DNA from: Eledone cirrhosa
Taxonomy: Eukaryota
NCBI GenBank assembly: GCA_964016885.1
Contig: OZ024740.1
Location: 402,318,001 to 402,382,000, forward strand
DNA length: 64,000 nt
Direction: 5' to 3'
Part shown: positions 23,687 to 35,902 of the stretch, piece by piece
Position numbering within the stretch: the first letter of the stretch is position 1
How the letters are laid out: each line of letters opens with the position of its first letter
The notes under the pieces: generated by a model
Databases searched by the model: none
Told to the model about the DNA's origin: nothing
Seen by the model: the letters and a program-made list of their open reading frames with translations, nothing else
Position numbers and translations under genes: made by a program

Positions 23687-24529
23687 ATGACAATTAAATA
23701 TTCTCTACCTAAGGTCGCTCAACTTGTGTTGAATGGGACGTTGAACACTCGGCAAAACCTATTATCGTTTACAATAGTTGCATTATTCATAATTGCCATA
23801 AAAATTATAATTACTCGTTTCTTAACTAATCTAAATAGTATATTGAACAAAAGGTGTACATGTTGCAGTCATAACCATTTTTTGTACTTCATGTCAATCT
23901 GACAGGTTCTAAATCCGGCTATTTTTATAGTCGATTCTATAGTTCATCGGATTTGTAGCAATAAGCAACATTTTTTCACATCCCTTGTTTTGACCATGAA
24001 TACTGTGTCCATATTTAATTAGTGTTTGTATATTGATTGAAAATCGTACACAATCTATTTACAGTAATTGTTCCCACTAGTTCCTGAACGGGCAGAGTCT
24101 ATGTGGCTTTTTGTGGTCACCACGAACAGTGGGAGGGTGGAAGTAAGGTATTCTCAAATCTGAGAGTTTGCCTGAAAGTTAGCAACAAAATAGTATCCAA
24201 TAAAATAACCCAAGGAACAGGAATTGGTTTAAATCTGGTGACGTATTAATTGTACCATCCGATTAGGCCTCAATGTGATTTGCAAAGAGCCACGAGAACG
24301 GTCACAGAACTACTCGTCTATTAGTCAATATAAGAATAACAGCGCCATGATTTTTATGTTGAAATGCAAATTTTTCCTGGAGGGAGATGAATTCAGAAAG
24401 ATAGAACATATAAGGCTAGTAATTTTGAAAGTCAATAATGTGGTCAATACTTTAAGGAAGGAGGAATCATAGGAGTGGTTATTGATATACACCACCGGAT
24501 AGTTTTAAATTCATTATCTGGTGTTATTA

Positions 24530-24625
24530 TTTAACTTTGCCTTTCATCCTTACGGGGTCGATAAAATAAAGTACCAGTAATGCACTGGGTAATTGGTGGC
24601 CTTGTGCCAAAAGTAGAAACAATTA
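24530..24625 (+). mobile_element. SINE fragment (central domain and 3' end)
   Basis: TTTGCCTTTCATCCTTACGGGGTCGATAAAATAAAGTACCAGT..GGCCTTGTGCCAAAAGTAGAAAC, shared by about 10 copies in the window. Confidence 0.8.
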
Positions 24626-24708
24626 TATATAAATATATTGCTAAAGGCGTTTAATGCTGAACCTCCCAACAAGCAAGTAGAAATTTGATATAGATGTTCA
24701 TACCCTCC

Positions 24709-24767
<59 letters not shown>

Positions 24768-25159
24768 CGTTGATGGGACTAGCATGGGTTTCACTGCTAG
24801 TACCGCTTGAATCTCAGCGTACTCAATAGGTAATGTTATGTAAAATCCCAGAGTAGACAGTTCTTCGCATCAATACAACACACGTACATGGGTATCTTCA
24901 ATCTATACACGTACGCGAGATTTGGCCACACTTAATGCAGCAATAGAGTGCACAGGATCTATTGTTTGCATTTATTATGCAACAATGCACAATCGGCGCA
25001 TGTGTCTACATCAGTGGATTTCGCCTAATTAAAAAATAATCGATCGACAGAGTTCGATTCCAGTTCATGTCGGCTATGGCAATGAATGTGACGGTCAACA
25101 GAGTAAAATGGTAGCAACTGAAAATGTATATATACATACATACACATATATATATATAT

Positions 25160-25256
<97 letters not shown>

Positions 25257-25426
25257 GTATTAAGGATACTATTTATGGTTATGTATATAATAAAACCTTT
25301 TATAGTTATATATATTTTAAACCCTAAATAGTGAAAGACAGTAATTCATTACTATCTTATTACCAGTAAGATAAATAGCTCAATTGTAAGCAAATAAATG
25401 CCTTAAACTGAAATTTGATCCATGTA

Positions 25427-25487
<61 letters not shown>

Positions 25488-25488
<1 letters not shown>

Positions 25489-25660
25489 CGAAGGAAATGT
25501 GGTAAGGAACCAGGTGGACCATAACGCACCAAAGTACTCAATACTTGAGGTAGTAGAGTGGGTAATAGGAACCAGTAAGACCCCGACAGCTGAGCTCAAG
25601 CCGTTTCGACGGCTAATTCGTCGAAACGGCTTGAGCTCAGCTGTCGGGGTCTTACTGGTT

Positions 25661-25665
<5 letters not shown>
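25488..25665. mobile_element. (TA)n-embedded fold-back element; homologues at 40175-40335 and a half copy at 30950-31005
   Basis: Shared leader ACGAAGGAA.TGTGGTAAGGAACCAG..., then a hairpin with ~45-bp arms (25565-25665). Confidence 0.75.
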
Positions 25666-25700
<35 letters not shown>

Positions 25701-26211
25701 TTTATCTCCTGTGATTATTCATGTTTATATATGTGTTAATCAATTTCTAGTTATTATATATATACATATCAACTAGAAATTGATCGACATATATATATAT
25801 ATATATTTAAAATAAACATATGAAACAATCACAGAGAATAATTTGTAAAAGTGTGTAAGCCCACATAGCCAGGTAGGTAACTAATTAAAGTTTAAGTAGA
25901 ACTTCAAAAATAGATACCTTATAAATTTATTAATCTTCCGTGTATATATTTCATTAAAGAAATATATTTCACCATTAATCGATCGGTAAACCACAGTAGC
26001 CAAATTACGGATTTTCAACAAGGGAGAAGATCTAACTGTCTGTGTTTACACAGCAAATTCAAATCTGCGAATGTCTAGCAGCACGTGTTGCATTTTTTTT
26101 AAAATACACACATCGTACCAGCTTCATCCCAGTGGCGTGAATAGGGTTAGCGACAACTAGAAATAGAAGCCGTGTGCTTTCAACTGAGTTAGCTCTACAA
26201 TTAAGGGGCTG

Positions 26212-26436
26212 TGTATATATCCAAAATTTAATTAAGGGTGTCATGTCAGAGAGACATGAGCCATATCCACTGTAGAATATGCTCCAAGATTCCAATGAAT
26301 AGATCCGAGCATTTTATATTTCTAGTTGATATAAAATGCTCGGATCTATTCATTGGAATCTTGGAAAATATTCTGCAGTGGATATGGCGTATGTCTCACT
26401 GTCATGACACCCTTAATTTAATTTTGGATATATACA
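26212..26436. repeat. Fold-back / MITE-like palindrome with ~105-bp arms
   Basis: ATCCAAAATTTAATTAAGGGTGTCATG...CATGACACCCTTAATTTAATTTTGGAT. Confidence 0.8.
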
Positions 26437-26444
26437 TGCATATA

Positions 26445-26900
26445 TGGTGGCTGCCAACTCGTTTTCGAGTACGGCCACTACTTTATATCCATGTAGGAGA
26501 ACCCCTACCGATGCGCTGAACGTGTGTGACTTTTTAGTCCAGCCAGCGACTTGAAAACTCTGGTACAAACACTACACTTGTGAAAATTATTTGTTTCTAC
26601 TTTAGGCACAAGGCCAGCAATTACCCAGTTCATTACTTGACACATTGTGCTGGGCCCATGGTACCATGTGACGACAAGTGCAGAGAACTCCAGATATAAA
26701 GCAATGCCTGTGCCGCGAAGCTTTTATAGTGAGCAAAGGCACTGCACAAAGCCAGTCCCACTCTCTTAACCAAGATGATATTTACCAAAAAGAAGAACAA
26801 GTCAACATCATTGGATACCATCAGGGTTGCAGGTGTATTCCTTCTCCTAGAATTATGCTAAGGGGTCATCTCTCCCAGTGAGTTTGGATGACCATTGACT
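26445..26900 (+). mobile_element. Dispersed ~430-bp repeat (second copy 39541-39950), possibly a Penelope-like 3' remnant
   Basis: Two similar copies, both starting TGGTGGCTGCCAACTCG after TA repeats. CREAFIV...SLNQDD weakly resembles the EA..I..LN.D end of PLE GIY-YIG domains. Confidence 0.5.
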
Positions 26901-26942
26901 CTTAAGAGCTCCTTTGCCCTTTTTATATATATATATATATAT

Positions 26943-27047
<105 letters not shown>

Positions 27048-28074
27048 TAAGTGTTTTTTTTTACAAAATGAAAAATAACCGAAGTATCCTCCACGAGTGA
27101 AAGTATAAAAAAAAAAGATGAAATCGAAAATGCAACTGGAGTCTTATTTTAAAATATATATATATATTTATTTGGTTCCTTTAGCGGTTTCGCAGTTCAT
27201 CTGCTTTTCAAAAGTCGAGTTGAGATGGAGGGTCTGTGGTTTTTCTCACATCATATATATACTAATTAAAAATATTAACAAAAATAGACATTGGTGTGAT
27301 CAAATATATTTTATTATACATATTTCAGAGGTACTGAGCTATCTTCAACAGTACGTTCTCATCAGATAAAATAAGATGTTGCATGACATACCCTGACTAA
27401 GTAGCAGAATTAAAATTCAGTCATGGCAGTGAATAAGATATGACAAAACTCAATATTTATATACCTTAAGATTGAGACATGAACAAATTACCTATAATAC
27501 AGAGGGTGCGCGTGAGAAAGCTTATAAAGATACATAATAATAAACAACTACTAATATAATTTACATAACTGTTAGAGATTCATATAACTTAAATTATTGA
27601 AGAAAGAAGTGAAAGACAGAGAGAGAAACAGATGAGGAAAAAGATAGTTACAAGAAATATAGAAATATATTATGCACGAAAGCAAAAGAAAATTGATTAA
27701 GAATAGAGAGACAAGGAAGAATAATGTGTATAGTATAAAGCATAGGGAGGGAGATTTGTATTTTCGTGGATAAATAGCGTATAATTAGATGATGAAAAAG
27801 TATATATATAGATAAATAAATAAACATACATTTGGTCATAGCTGTGTGAATGAATAATTTCGAATCGTTGAATTATCTGGAAATAATCAATCAATCAAAA
27901 TATCAAATATATCTGGGTGTAGTTATATGAGGGTTTAATTTCGAGTCCTTAAGTTAATTAGAAATAGACTATTGATCAATTATATATATCCAAACGTATC
28001 CGGATGACCGTTAAATTTCGAATCATTTATGTTAGTTCAAAATAGTGAATTAATCTAAGGTATAATATTTCAGG

Positions 28075-29190
28075 CTATAAAATTTATAAGTATTTATATT
28101 ATAGTATAATATCATATTTAAAGTATTTGCAAACATGAGAAAGAAGAGACTTAATATTTTCTTCATCCCGAAGGTAATCCATATTAAATTATATTAAAAA
28201 AATGTCATTTTAAAGAGATTTTATATTAAAAAATAATCATTATATAATTTAGAAAGTAATTACAATTATAACTTTAAAAATTTTAAATTAACAATTAGAA
28301 TGCCCTAAAGTATCCAAAGGCCTTATAATTATACTTAAAAAGGATATTATTAAACTAGATATACGCATTTGTCTAAATTTATACAAAGAGTATATTGTTT
28401 AAAGTTTAAGACGATGTTAGTCAGTTATATATAATATAATATAAATTACTGTTAATAGTGTTAAAAGTAAGGTTTTACGTCAATTATTATATTAGGATCA
28501 TGTAATACATATATACTATAAATATACAAATCGAACTTCATGAATCATAAAAGATAAGACACAGATTCAAAATAAATAAATAAATGGTTTGCGATCCTAT
28601 AAGTGTCAAATATCTAAGCTAATTAATTTAAAAATACAAGAAAATTTTTAAGGATCTATATTATAGTATAATATCATATTTAAAGTGTCTGCAAACATGA
28701 GAAAGAAAAGACTTAAGATTTTCATCAACACGAAGGTAATCCAAATTTAATTATATTAAAAAAAATTAAATTAAAAAATAATCATTATATAATTTAGAAA
28801 ATATTTAACAATTATAACCCTAGAATGTCCTTAAGTATCTAAGGCACTTATAAATGTACCTAGAAGGATGTTATTAAACTAGATATACACATTTGTCTAC
28901 ATACATATAGAGTATTCTGTTTAAAACTTAAGACGATATTAGTGATTTATATACATATAATAAATAATAAATACAATTACTGTTAATAATTTTATAATTG
29001 AAGTTTTACATCAAGTTAAGTGGAAAAAGTTTGTCGCCTAGGATCGTGTACGATCCTAGTCGACAAACATAAATATATAAATCAAACATCTTGAATCTTA
29101 AAAACAACATATTCAAAATAAATAAATGAATGGTCTACGATTCCTCATAACTGTTAACCATATAAGCTATATATTTAAAAAATACAATAA
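28075..29190. repeat. Diverged AT-rich tandem duplication (~565-bp period)
   Basis: TATTATAGTATAATATCATATTTAAAGT..GCAAACATGAGAAAGA occurs at ~28097 and ~28660, with collinear downstream matches. Confidence 0.75.
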
Positions 29191-29337
29191 ATCCCGAACA
29201 AATTAAATGTATTTACACAATCAAATGATATGCATATTCATCAAGAGATCATGTTAACAGTCTATATGTTTATATATTTATATAGAACCCTTATTATAAC
29301 ATTAATCGTATCGAAAATGAATAAAACTTATTATAAG

Positions 29338-30376
29338 GTTTTAGAATTCTACTATTTATTTTTGCAGTGTTAAGGGCCATATTCATAGTTGTAGAATAAG
29401 AAAGCTTAATTGTGTGTCTGTTAAATATGGAACGGTATTTATGTTGTATGGAGAACCATATAACTGATTCTGTTTTATAATCTGTTTACGCACTCAGTTG
29501 ATAAGAAACGTCAAAAATTAGAATTTATTTATTCTATGTTTTTTCCTGACTTTTTGCGAGCTTGGAATGCAGAAGAGCTTTATGTAGGCAAGTTGAGAAT
29601 ACTTCACTTTTTTTGTTGATTAAATTTTCATAATTACTAATTATTAATAGGGTTTCCATAGTACAAAGATTGCAGTTAGGTGATATTGAAGAATTCAAGT
29701 AGATTCGACTATTACACATCTTTGACCAAGAAATCGAGTATTTTAATTTTTTGTCTTTTAATGACCATATAAGTTATGATAAAGAAGTCGAAGATTTCCT
29801 ATTAGGATTCGAAAAAGAACATTTGTGATTCGAACATCTTAATTTCAATGTCGATGAAGTTGCACCAATATAGTTGTATGTGATGTTATTTGCTTTTACG
29901 GTGCATTTATAGACCAGATTGCTATCCAGACAATAATTTTGCAGAGGGCAATTTGATCTATTTCTACAATTACATTTCGATTTATTGTTATTACTATAAA
30001 TTGGACAATTGACATTAACATTGCTAGTACATGGAAGTGTTCTATTGATAGTGCTTAGATTAATGTTATTGTTATTCCTAGTATTAATATTGCTAGTGTT
30101 ATTATATTCATTATCCCTAATTGTTTGTTGGTTATGGTTTAGAATTTTACTATTTATTTTTGCAGTGTTAAGGGCCATATTCATAGTTGTAGAATAAGAA
30201 AGCTTAATTGTGCGTCTGTTAAATATGGAACGGTATTTATGTTGTATGGGGAACCATATAACTGATTTAGTTCTGATATTTTTCCCCGATTTATTCACAA
30301 TATTGGTGTTTGTATTATAATTGTTAGAACCTCGTTTATTTATGTTAGTCTTATTTTTACCAGGATTATAATTCAA
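29338..30376 (-). mobile_element. Penelope-like element remnant: GIY-YIG endonuclease with Cys-rich motifs and a partial tandem repeat
   Basis: IFNRRTIKLSYS..CNCRNRSNCPLQNYCL..LVYKC..YIGAT..LKLRCSNHKCSF..TSLS*, then CNLC..E..LINKKSE..CLH. A direct repeat at 29338-29470 matches 30138-30268. Confidence 0.8.
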
Positions 30377-30413
30377 ATTATTATTATCTATATATTCAAT
30401 ATTATTTTATAAC

Positions 30414-30530
30414 AGTTCAAATCCCGCCGAGGGTGACTTTGCCTTTCATCCTTATGGGGTCGATAAAATAAAGTACCAGTAATGCAGTAGGTAATTGCTG
30501 GCCTTGTGCATAAAGTAGAAACAATTATTT
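30414..30530 (+). mobile_element. SINE fragment
   Basis: GTTCAAATCCC (B-box-like) plus the shared central domain and 3' end. Confidence 0.8.
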
Positions 30531-30856
30531 TTATAACATGCCTTACGTAGCGCGTCATTATAATATCGTGCTTTTTCATCAAATATGGATTTATTAGCGG
30601 ATATATATATATATAAGTAGTTCCACAACAGAAAAACGATGGCACAATAGAGTTGCCTCCTCTTTCAGAATATCTGCGCATGTCTATTTGTGGCATCCAT
30701 TTCCGTATTATCTCATTTAAACTGATGATCCGTTTGAGAAGAAATAAATTATTCTCGGAAATGATGTATCAACTGTTGTGAAACTACTTCTACCAAACTC
30801 GTCAAATGGACAGAGTGCTGTACTACTGCGCATATAACCCTCCAGTGTTCTACCAC

Positions 30857-30951
<95 letters not shown>

Positions 30952-31742
30952 GAAAATGATCTGGACCCCGACAGCTGAGCTCCAACCGTTTCGACAGCTA
31001 GATCCGAACTAAACCAGTAGTATTAGGACGGGTGAGGCGTGTTGCTCTGGTGTTTCGTATGGTTATCACAGGGTCATTAATATGTGTGGAAGTGCGTGTG
31101 TACATATGTATATATGTTGTAGTTGAAATTTCAATATTCAAGATAGTATTTTCAAAAGAAACCTTAAGAATACAGTACAAACATCTGAATATAATTTACC
31201 AAGTACCCAGTGATACTCCAGAATAAAAACAATTAGAACGAAGGCAAAAGTATTTGCTGATTATCGTGAATTAATCAATTCATTCACAACTAGTGAATTA
31301 CATCAACGACCGTCATGCTAATACTAATTAATGTTTAACTCGTTCCCAATTATAGAGAGAATATCTGTTTTGTTTTATTTTTTTATTTTTCTCCGATGAG
31401 TTTGGAAATAAGCCATGCAAAGACGTAATAATACGTTAACGTCTTTGAGAGCAGAACAACTCATACAAAGAAGTAAGAACAAATAATTAGTGTCCATCTT
31501 GTAGCTGATGACAGCATGAAACATTTTTCACAGGGCGAAAATCTACTCCTGTCAACCATAATGGCTTGTCCAATTTGTCAGGATATAAGTTTTATTCATA
31601 AATTTGTTTCATGTTAAGGAAACTGTATAATTACATATCCTACATTCGCCAATTCGCAAAAACCACAACACAGAGTTTCCTATAGTTTGTTATTTTAATA
31701 ATTAATTAGGGAAAGCGTGCCACATAGTAAGGTATGAGTATA

Positions 31743-31812
<70 letters not shown>

Positions 31813-31821
31813 TAGGTGTGC

Positions 31822-31922
<101 letters not shown>

Positions 31923-32092
31923 TGTGTGTTGGGGCCTGTAGACATATACTTGTGTCTGTGTATATTCGGTATACTCATATAGCAGGTATTTAAAAATACA
32001 TTCTTAATTATAACTCTTCTCTATTTCTTTGTATCCGGCTCCATATATGCCTCATATGTTTCCAACGTATTGGATTCCAAGTAACATTCTTG

Positions 32093-32094
32093 TA

Positions 32095-32158
<64 letters not shown>

Positions 32159-32163
32159 TATAT

Positions 32164-32199
<36 letters not shown>

Positions 32200-32218
32200 C
32201 ATAGCAGCAGCAGCAGCA
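32093..32218 (+). repeat. (TAG)n(CAG)n microsatellite
   Basis: Directly visible. Confidence 0.95.
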
Positions 32219-32219
32219 A

Positions 32220-33290
32220 TGATTTCTTCATTGGCCAGAAAGCCCAAAAAATTGGGGCCAATTCAAAAACATTGAGAAGAGGGATTTAGATGAAATCGAG
32301 TAAACAAGACAACAAAGAACAACAAACTTTCAAAATAGGGAGGAGTACGAAACTGGGGTGACTCAGGAGCCCCATCAATCCTAAACCACCTATATTCCAA
32401 GAGCACCCTAGGAGGGTACCCCTCTCCTCTACTAAATAACCATCCTAGAGGTGCATGCTAAGAGTAGGCATATTTACACGGGTCATCCTCCTTTTGTTCA
32501 CCTACATTTTAATGAATTAACTGAGGTGGGTGGGCAGAGCTTCCCTCGCCACCCCACGTTCGTTTCCAAGTGGAACTTGAAAAGTTTAATGATGGATAAG
32601 CCAAAGAGGGAAGTGTCTTTGATGTCCGTGGTGTTCGGTTCCATCATGGTGTCGTTATCCACATATGTGACGCAGCCGTTCTGCGTCCTGGTAAAAGTGA
32701 GATGCTCTGCAGTAGCTCCAGTTTCCACAGGAACGTCAAAACAAAACAAAAAAAAACACGTGATATGGAATGGTTCCGATAGGTTGCCGGGGTCATTTAA
32801 CACCTCTCATATTCTTCTGTGCATTGCACCGATCCAGCCACTGAAGGCAGGACCGAAGCCGGATTCTTTGAGGTCAGAGTCTATGTAGCAATGGTCAACC
32901 CTATCGAAAGTTTTAGATTGATCTAAATTGATAACAGCCGTACCGCAGCTAGGTTTACTGCCTACCATATCTATGATGTATCACGTGTCGTGTATGCCCA
33001 TGGTCGGAATTACGCACGTCTGCGCCTCCCTTACCAGGCTTTCGACGACAAGTGGCAACCTCGTTGTTATTACCTTGGCCAAAATCTTAATCTCTGTTTT
33101 TTAGCAGAGTTATGGGCCTGAAGGTATCTAAAACTTCTCTCTTCTCGTCTTTCCACATCAGCGTTACTACACCCCGAGTCACATCACTGGGAATACTCCC
33201 GTTATGCTGTCAGTTTCGTTACGTATCAGATCATGTGATCGACCCGTCAAAGGTGCCCTCCCCCTCCTTTCTGCACTTATTGACACTTGA
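32220..33290 (-). mobile_element. Decayed Tx1-like LINE pieces: 3' end at 32220-32610, N-terminal RT region at 32760-33290
   Basis: FKFHLETNV. CAATTTAGATCAATCTAAAACTTTCGATAGGGTTGACC (INLDQSK.FDRVDH) and KILAKV are recognisable against copy 2. Confidence 0.75.
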
Positions 33291-33339
33291 GGCTTTACTG
33301 CGGTAACTGGGACTGTTGCAAAGTTTCCCGCTTGAGCTG

Positions 33340-34030
33340 GGATGTGGAAGGGGCACAACGGCATGGTATCGAACATCTTGGAAATTAAGGTGGTCGCCAC
33401 CTTCTTAGAGGAATATGAAAGGTTGACGGGAGAAAACCTAATCCCTGAAAAGTTAGAGGGTTCTGCAGCTCGGCACATGGTGAGTTGTACATCCATGCCA
33501 TTCAATAGCGTTGTCGAACACTGGACGGAGGGACTGGTGAAATTGCTCGGTCTCTTCTTCGGTCTAGACCTCCATGTGGATAAGAAGTAGGACCAGATAA
33601 CAAGCAGGAATGGGCCGAGAGCTAGCTATCCGTGAAAGGTCGGCTGGAGGTGGCGAACGCGTTCATCGCGACCGCCATCAACATGATTTTGCGCAAGTCG
33701 TCTCTTTGACTGAGCTGTAGTTTGTGTCAAGAAGGGACCGACACTGGGTGCCTGTTGTCTGGAATATTGCCAGGTACACATTGCTATCTAACTGGCGCGC
33801 AATGTGATCAGTAGAAATTCCAATCTAGCGTTCTATGGAGGTTTAGTGATGGACAAGGGCGTGAACGCTCTCGGAGAGGCTCTGGGCCTTGACGAAATTG
33901 AATTGACCAGTTCGTTCCGGAGGATTTTCTAGCCAGGAAATATGGATAACGTCCAGAAATCCCTCGCATGGCATTTCTAGCGGGGGGCTCTGACAGTTCG
34001 AGATAAACTCTACAGGCGCCGAAGTTCGAT
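33340..34030 (+). mobile_element. Decayed Tx1 ORF2 middle segment in opposite orientation
   Basis: EEYERLTGENLIPEK, VVEHWTEGLVKLLG, KGRLEVANAFIA, MDNVQKSLAW..VRDKLYR. Confidence 0.75.
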
Positions 34031-34033
34031 GAG

Positions 34034-34560
<527 letters not shown>

Positions 34561-34957
34561 TAAATACCCACAATCTGATAATCTCTGAGCTGCTATCTAT
34601 TTGCACATATTATGAACTCTTCCGCCATATCCGATTCATTATCCTACAGTGTAGCATTGTATTTCTCTTCAATTCTTTGTTTGTTTGTTTGTTTTTCTTG
34701 ACCTTATGCATTTCTTTCCATCCTATCCCCTTCCTGGTTTTGCGCTCTGGCTCTTCTCTGGGTAATCTCCAATTCATTTTGTACAGTGCCGCTACTCTCA
34801 AATACACAACACTTATATATACAAATGCCTAGGTCACGCCTTGCAACATCCTTCACAATAATATGTTACAATCCCGTCTATCTTCCCCCCCCCCCCTCCT
34901 CTCTCGTGCCATATACACCGTTCACAATCTTCGCCTAATCCCCGCCAAATCCCGAGT

Positions 34958-35034
<77 letters not shown>

Positions 35035-35507
35035 ACCCACACACACACACTTATACATTACACATCAATTCATCCATCATCGACAACGTTATGGTCACCT
35101 CAACTTCGATCTCAATACGATAACAACAAAAGCAACAGCAAAAGCAGCAATAACAACATTCGGCACCACCTTCCCACTTTCTATAGATGCAGTCAGCTAA
35201 TCCATATTCTAACATCATCACTATTGCTATCATAATAAATGCAGTTGCAATGGCCTTCCCTATTTACAGCAACTCTTTCATGTCACTCAATATACTACCA
35301 GAAATACCAAAAGTACTCCCACGCCTTCACTCAACCTGCTCAAAATTGCAACAAAGTTCCCTCAAATTAAAATTCTCACAGTTTCGAGAACGAAGGACTC
35401 GCTAGATAACGTGGTCATGATAGTACTCTGTCTAGTATAAGGTTGATTGCTTAAAATTGCAACACTTTTGATTATATTTTGCTCCAGCATGGGGTAAAGC
35501 TAATAAG

Positions 35508-35720
35508 GATTTCTAGTATAGGTACAAGGCCAGTAATTTGGAGGAGGGGAAAGTCGATTAAATCGACCCCAGTACATTACTGGTGCTTTATTTTATCGAC
35601 CCCCGTAAGGATGAAAGACAAATTTAACCTTGGCAGGATTAGAACTCAGATCATAAAGGGCTGTAACTCTATGTTACAAAGCATAGTGTCCGACTCACTA
35701 CCGATACTGACAATCCACCA
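35508..35720 (-). mobile_element. tRNA-derived SINE, near full length
   Basis: Reverse complement has a GGATTG.CAGTATCGGTAG head (A-box-like), GAGTTCTAAATCC, and the GTCTTTCATCCTTACGGGGGTCGATAAAATAAAG central domain (MetaSINE/Sauria-like, from recall). Confidence 0.8.
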
Positions 35721-35739
35721 CCCTTTGGGGTAAAAATAA

Positions 35740-35902
35740 TAATGATTTCATTTATTGGCCACAAGGGCCGACATATAGGGGACAATACAAAAGACTGGGA
35801 CAGTGGGGTTTTACAGAAAAATCGAGTAAACAATATGAATAACAATAACAAAGTAACAAGAAAAATACAAGAAAAATTCCCCAGGGTAGGCTCAGGTACC
35901 CG
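35740..35902 (-). mobile_element. Tx1 variant-B 3'UTR-only copy
   Basis: Near-identical to 850-1000 and preceded by AATAATAAT. Confidence 0.85.

Noticed and set aside
29534-30376. Selenocysteine-recoded PLE endonuclease
   Set aside because: The interrupting stop at 29774 is TAA and the Cys motifs use normal Cys codons. I could not recognise a SECIS.
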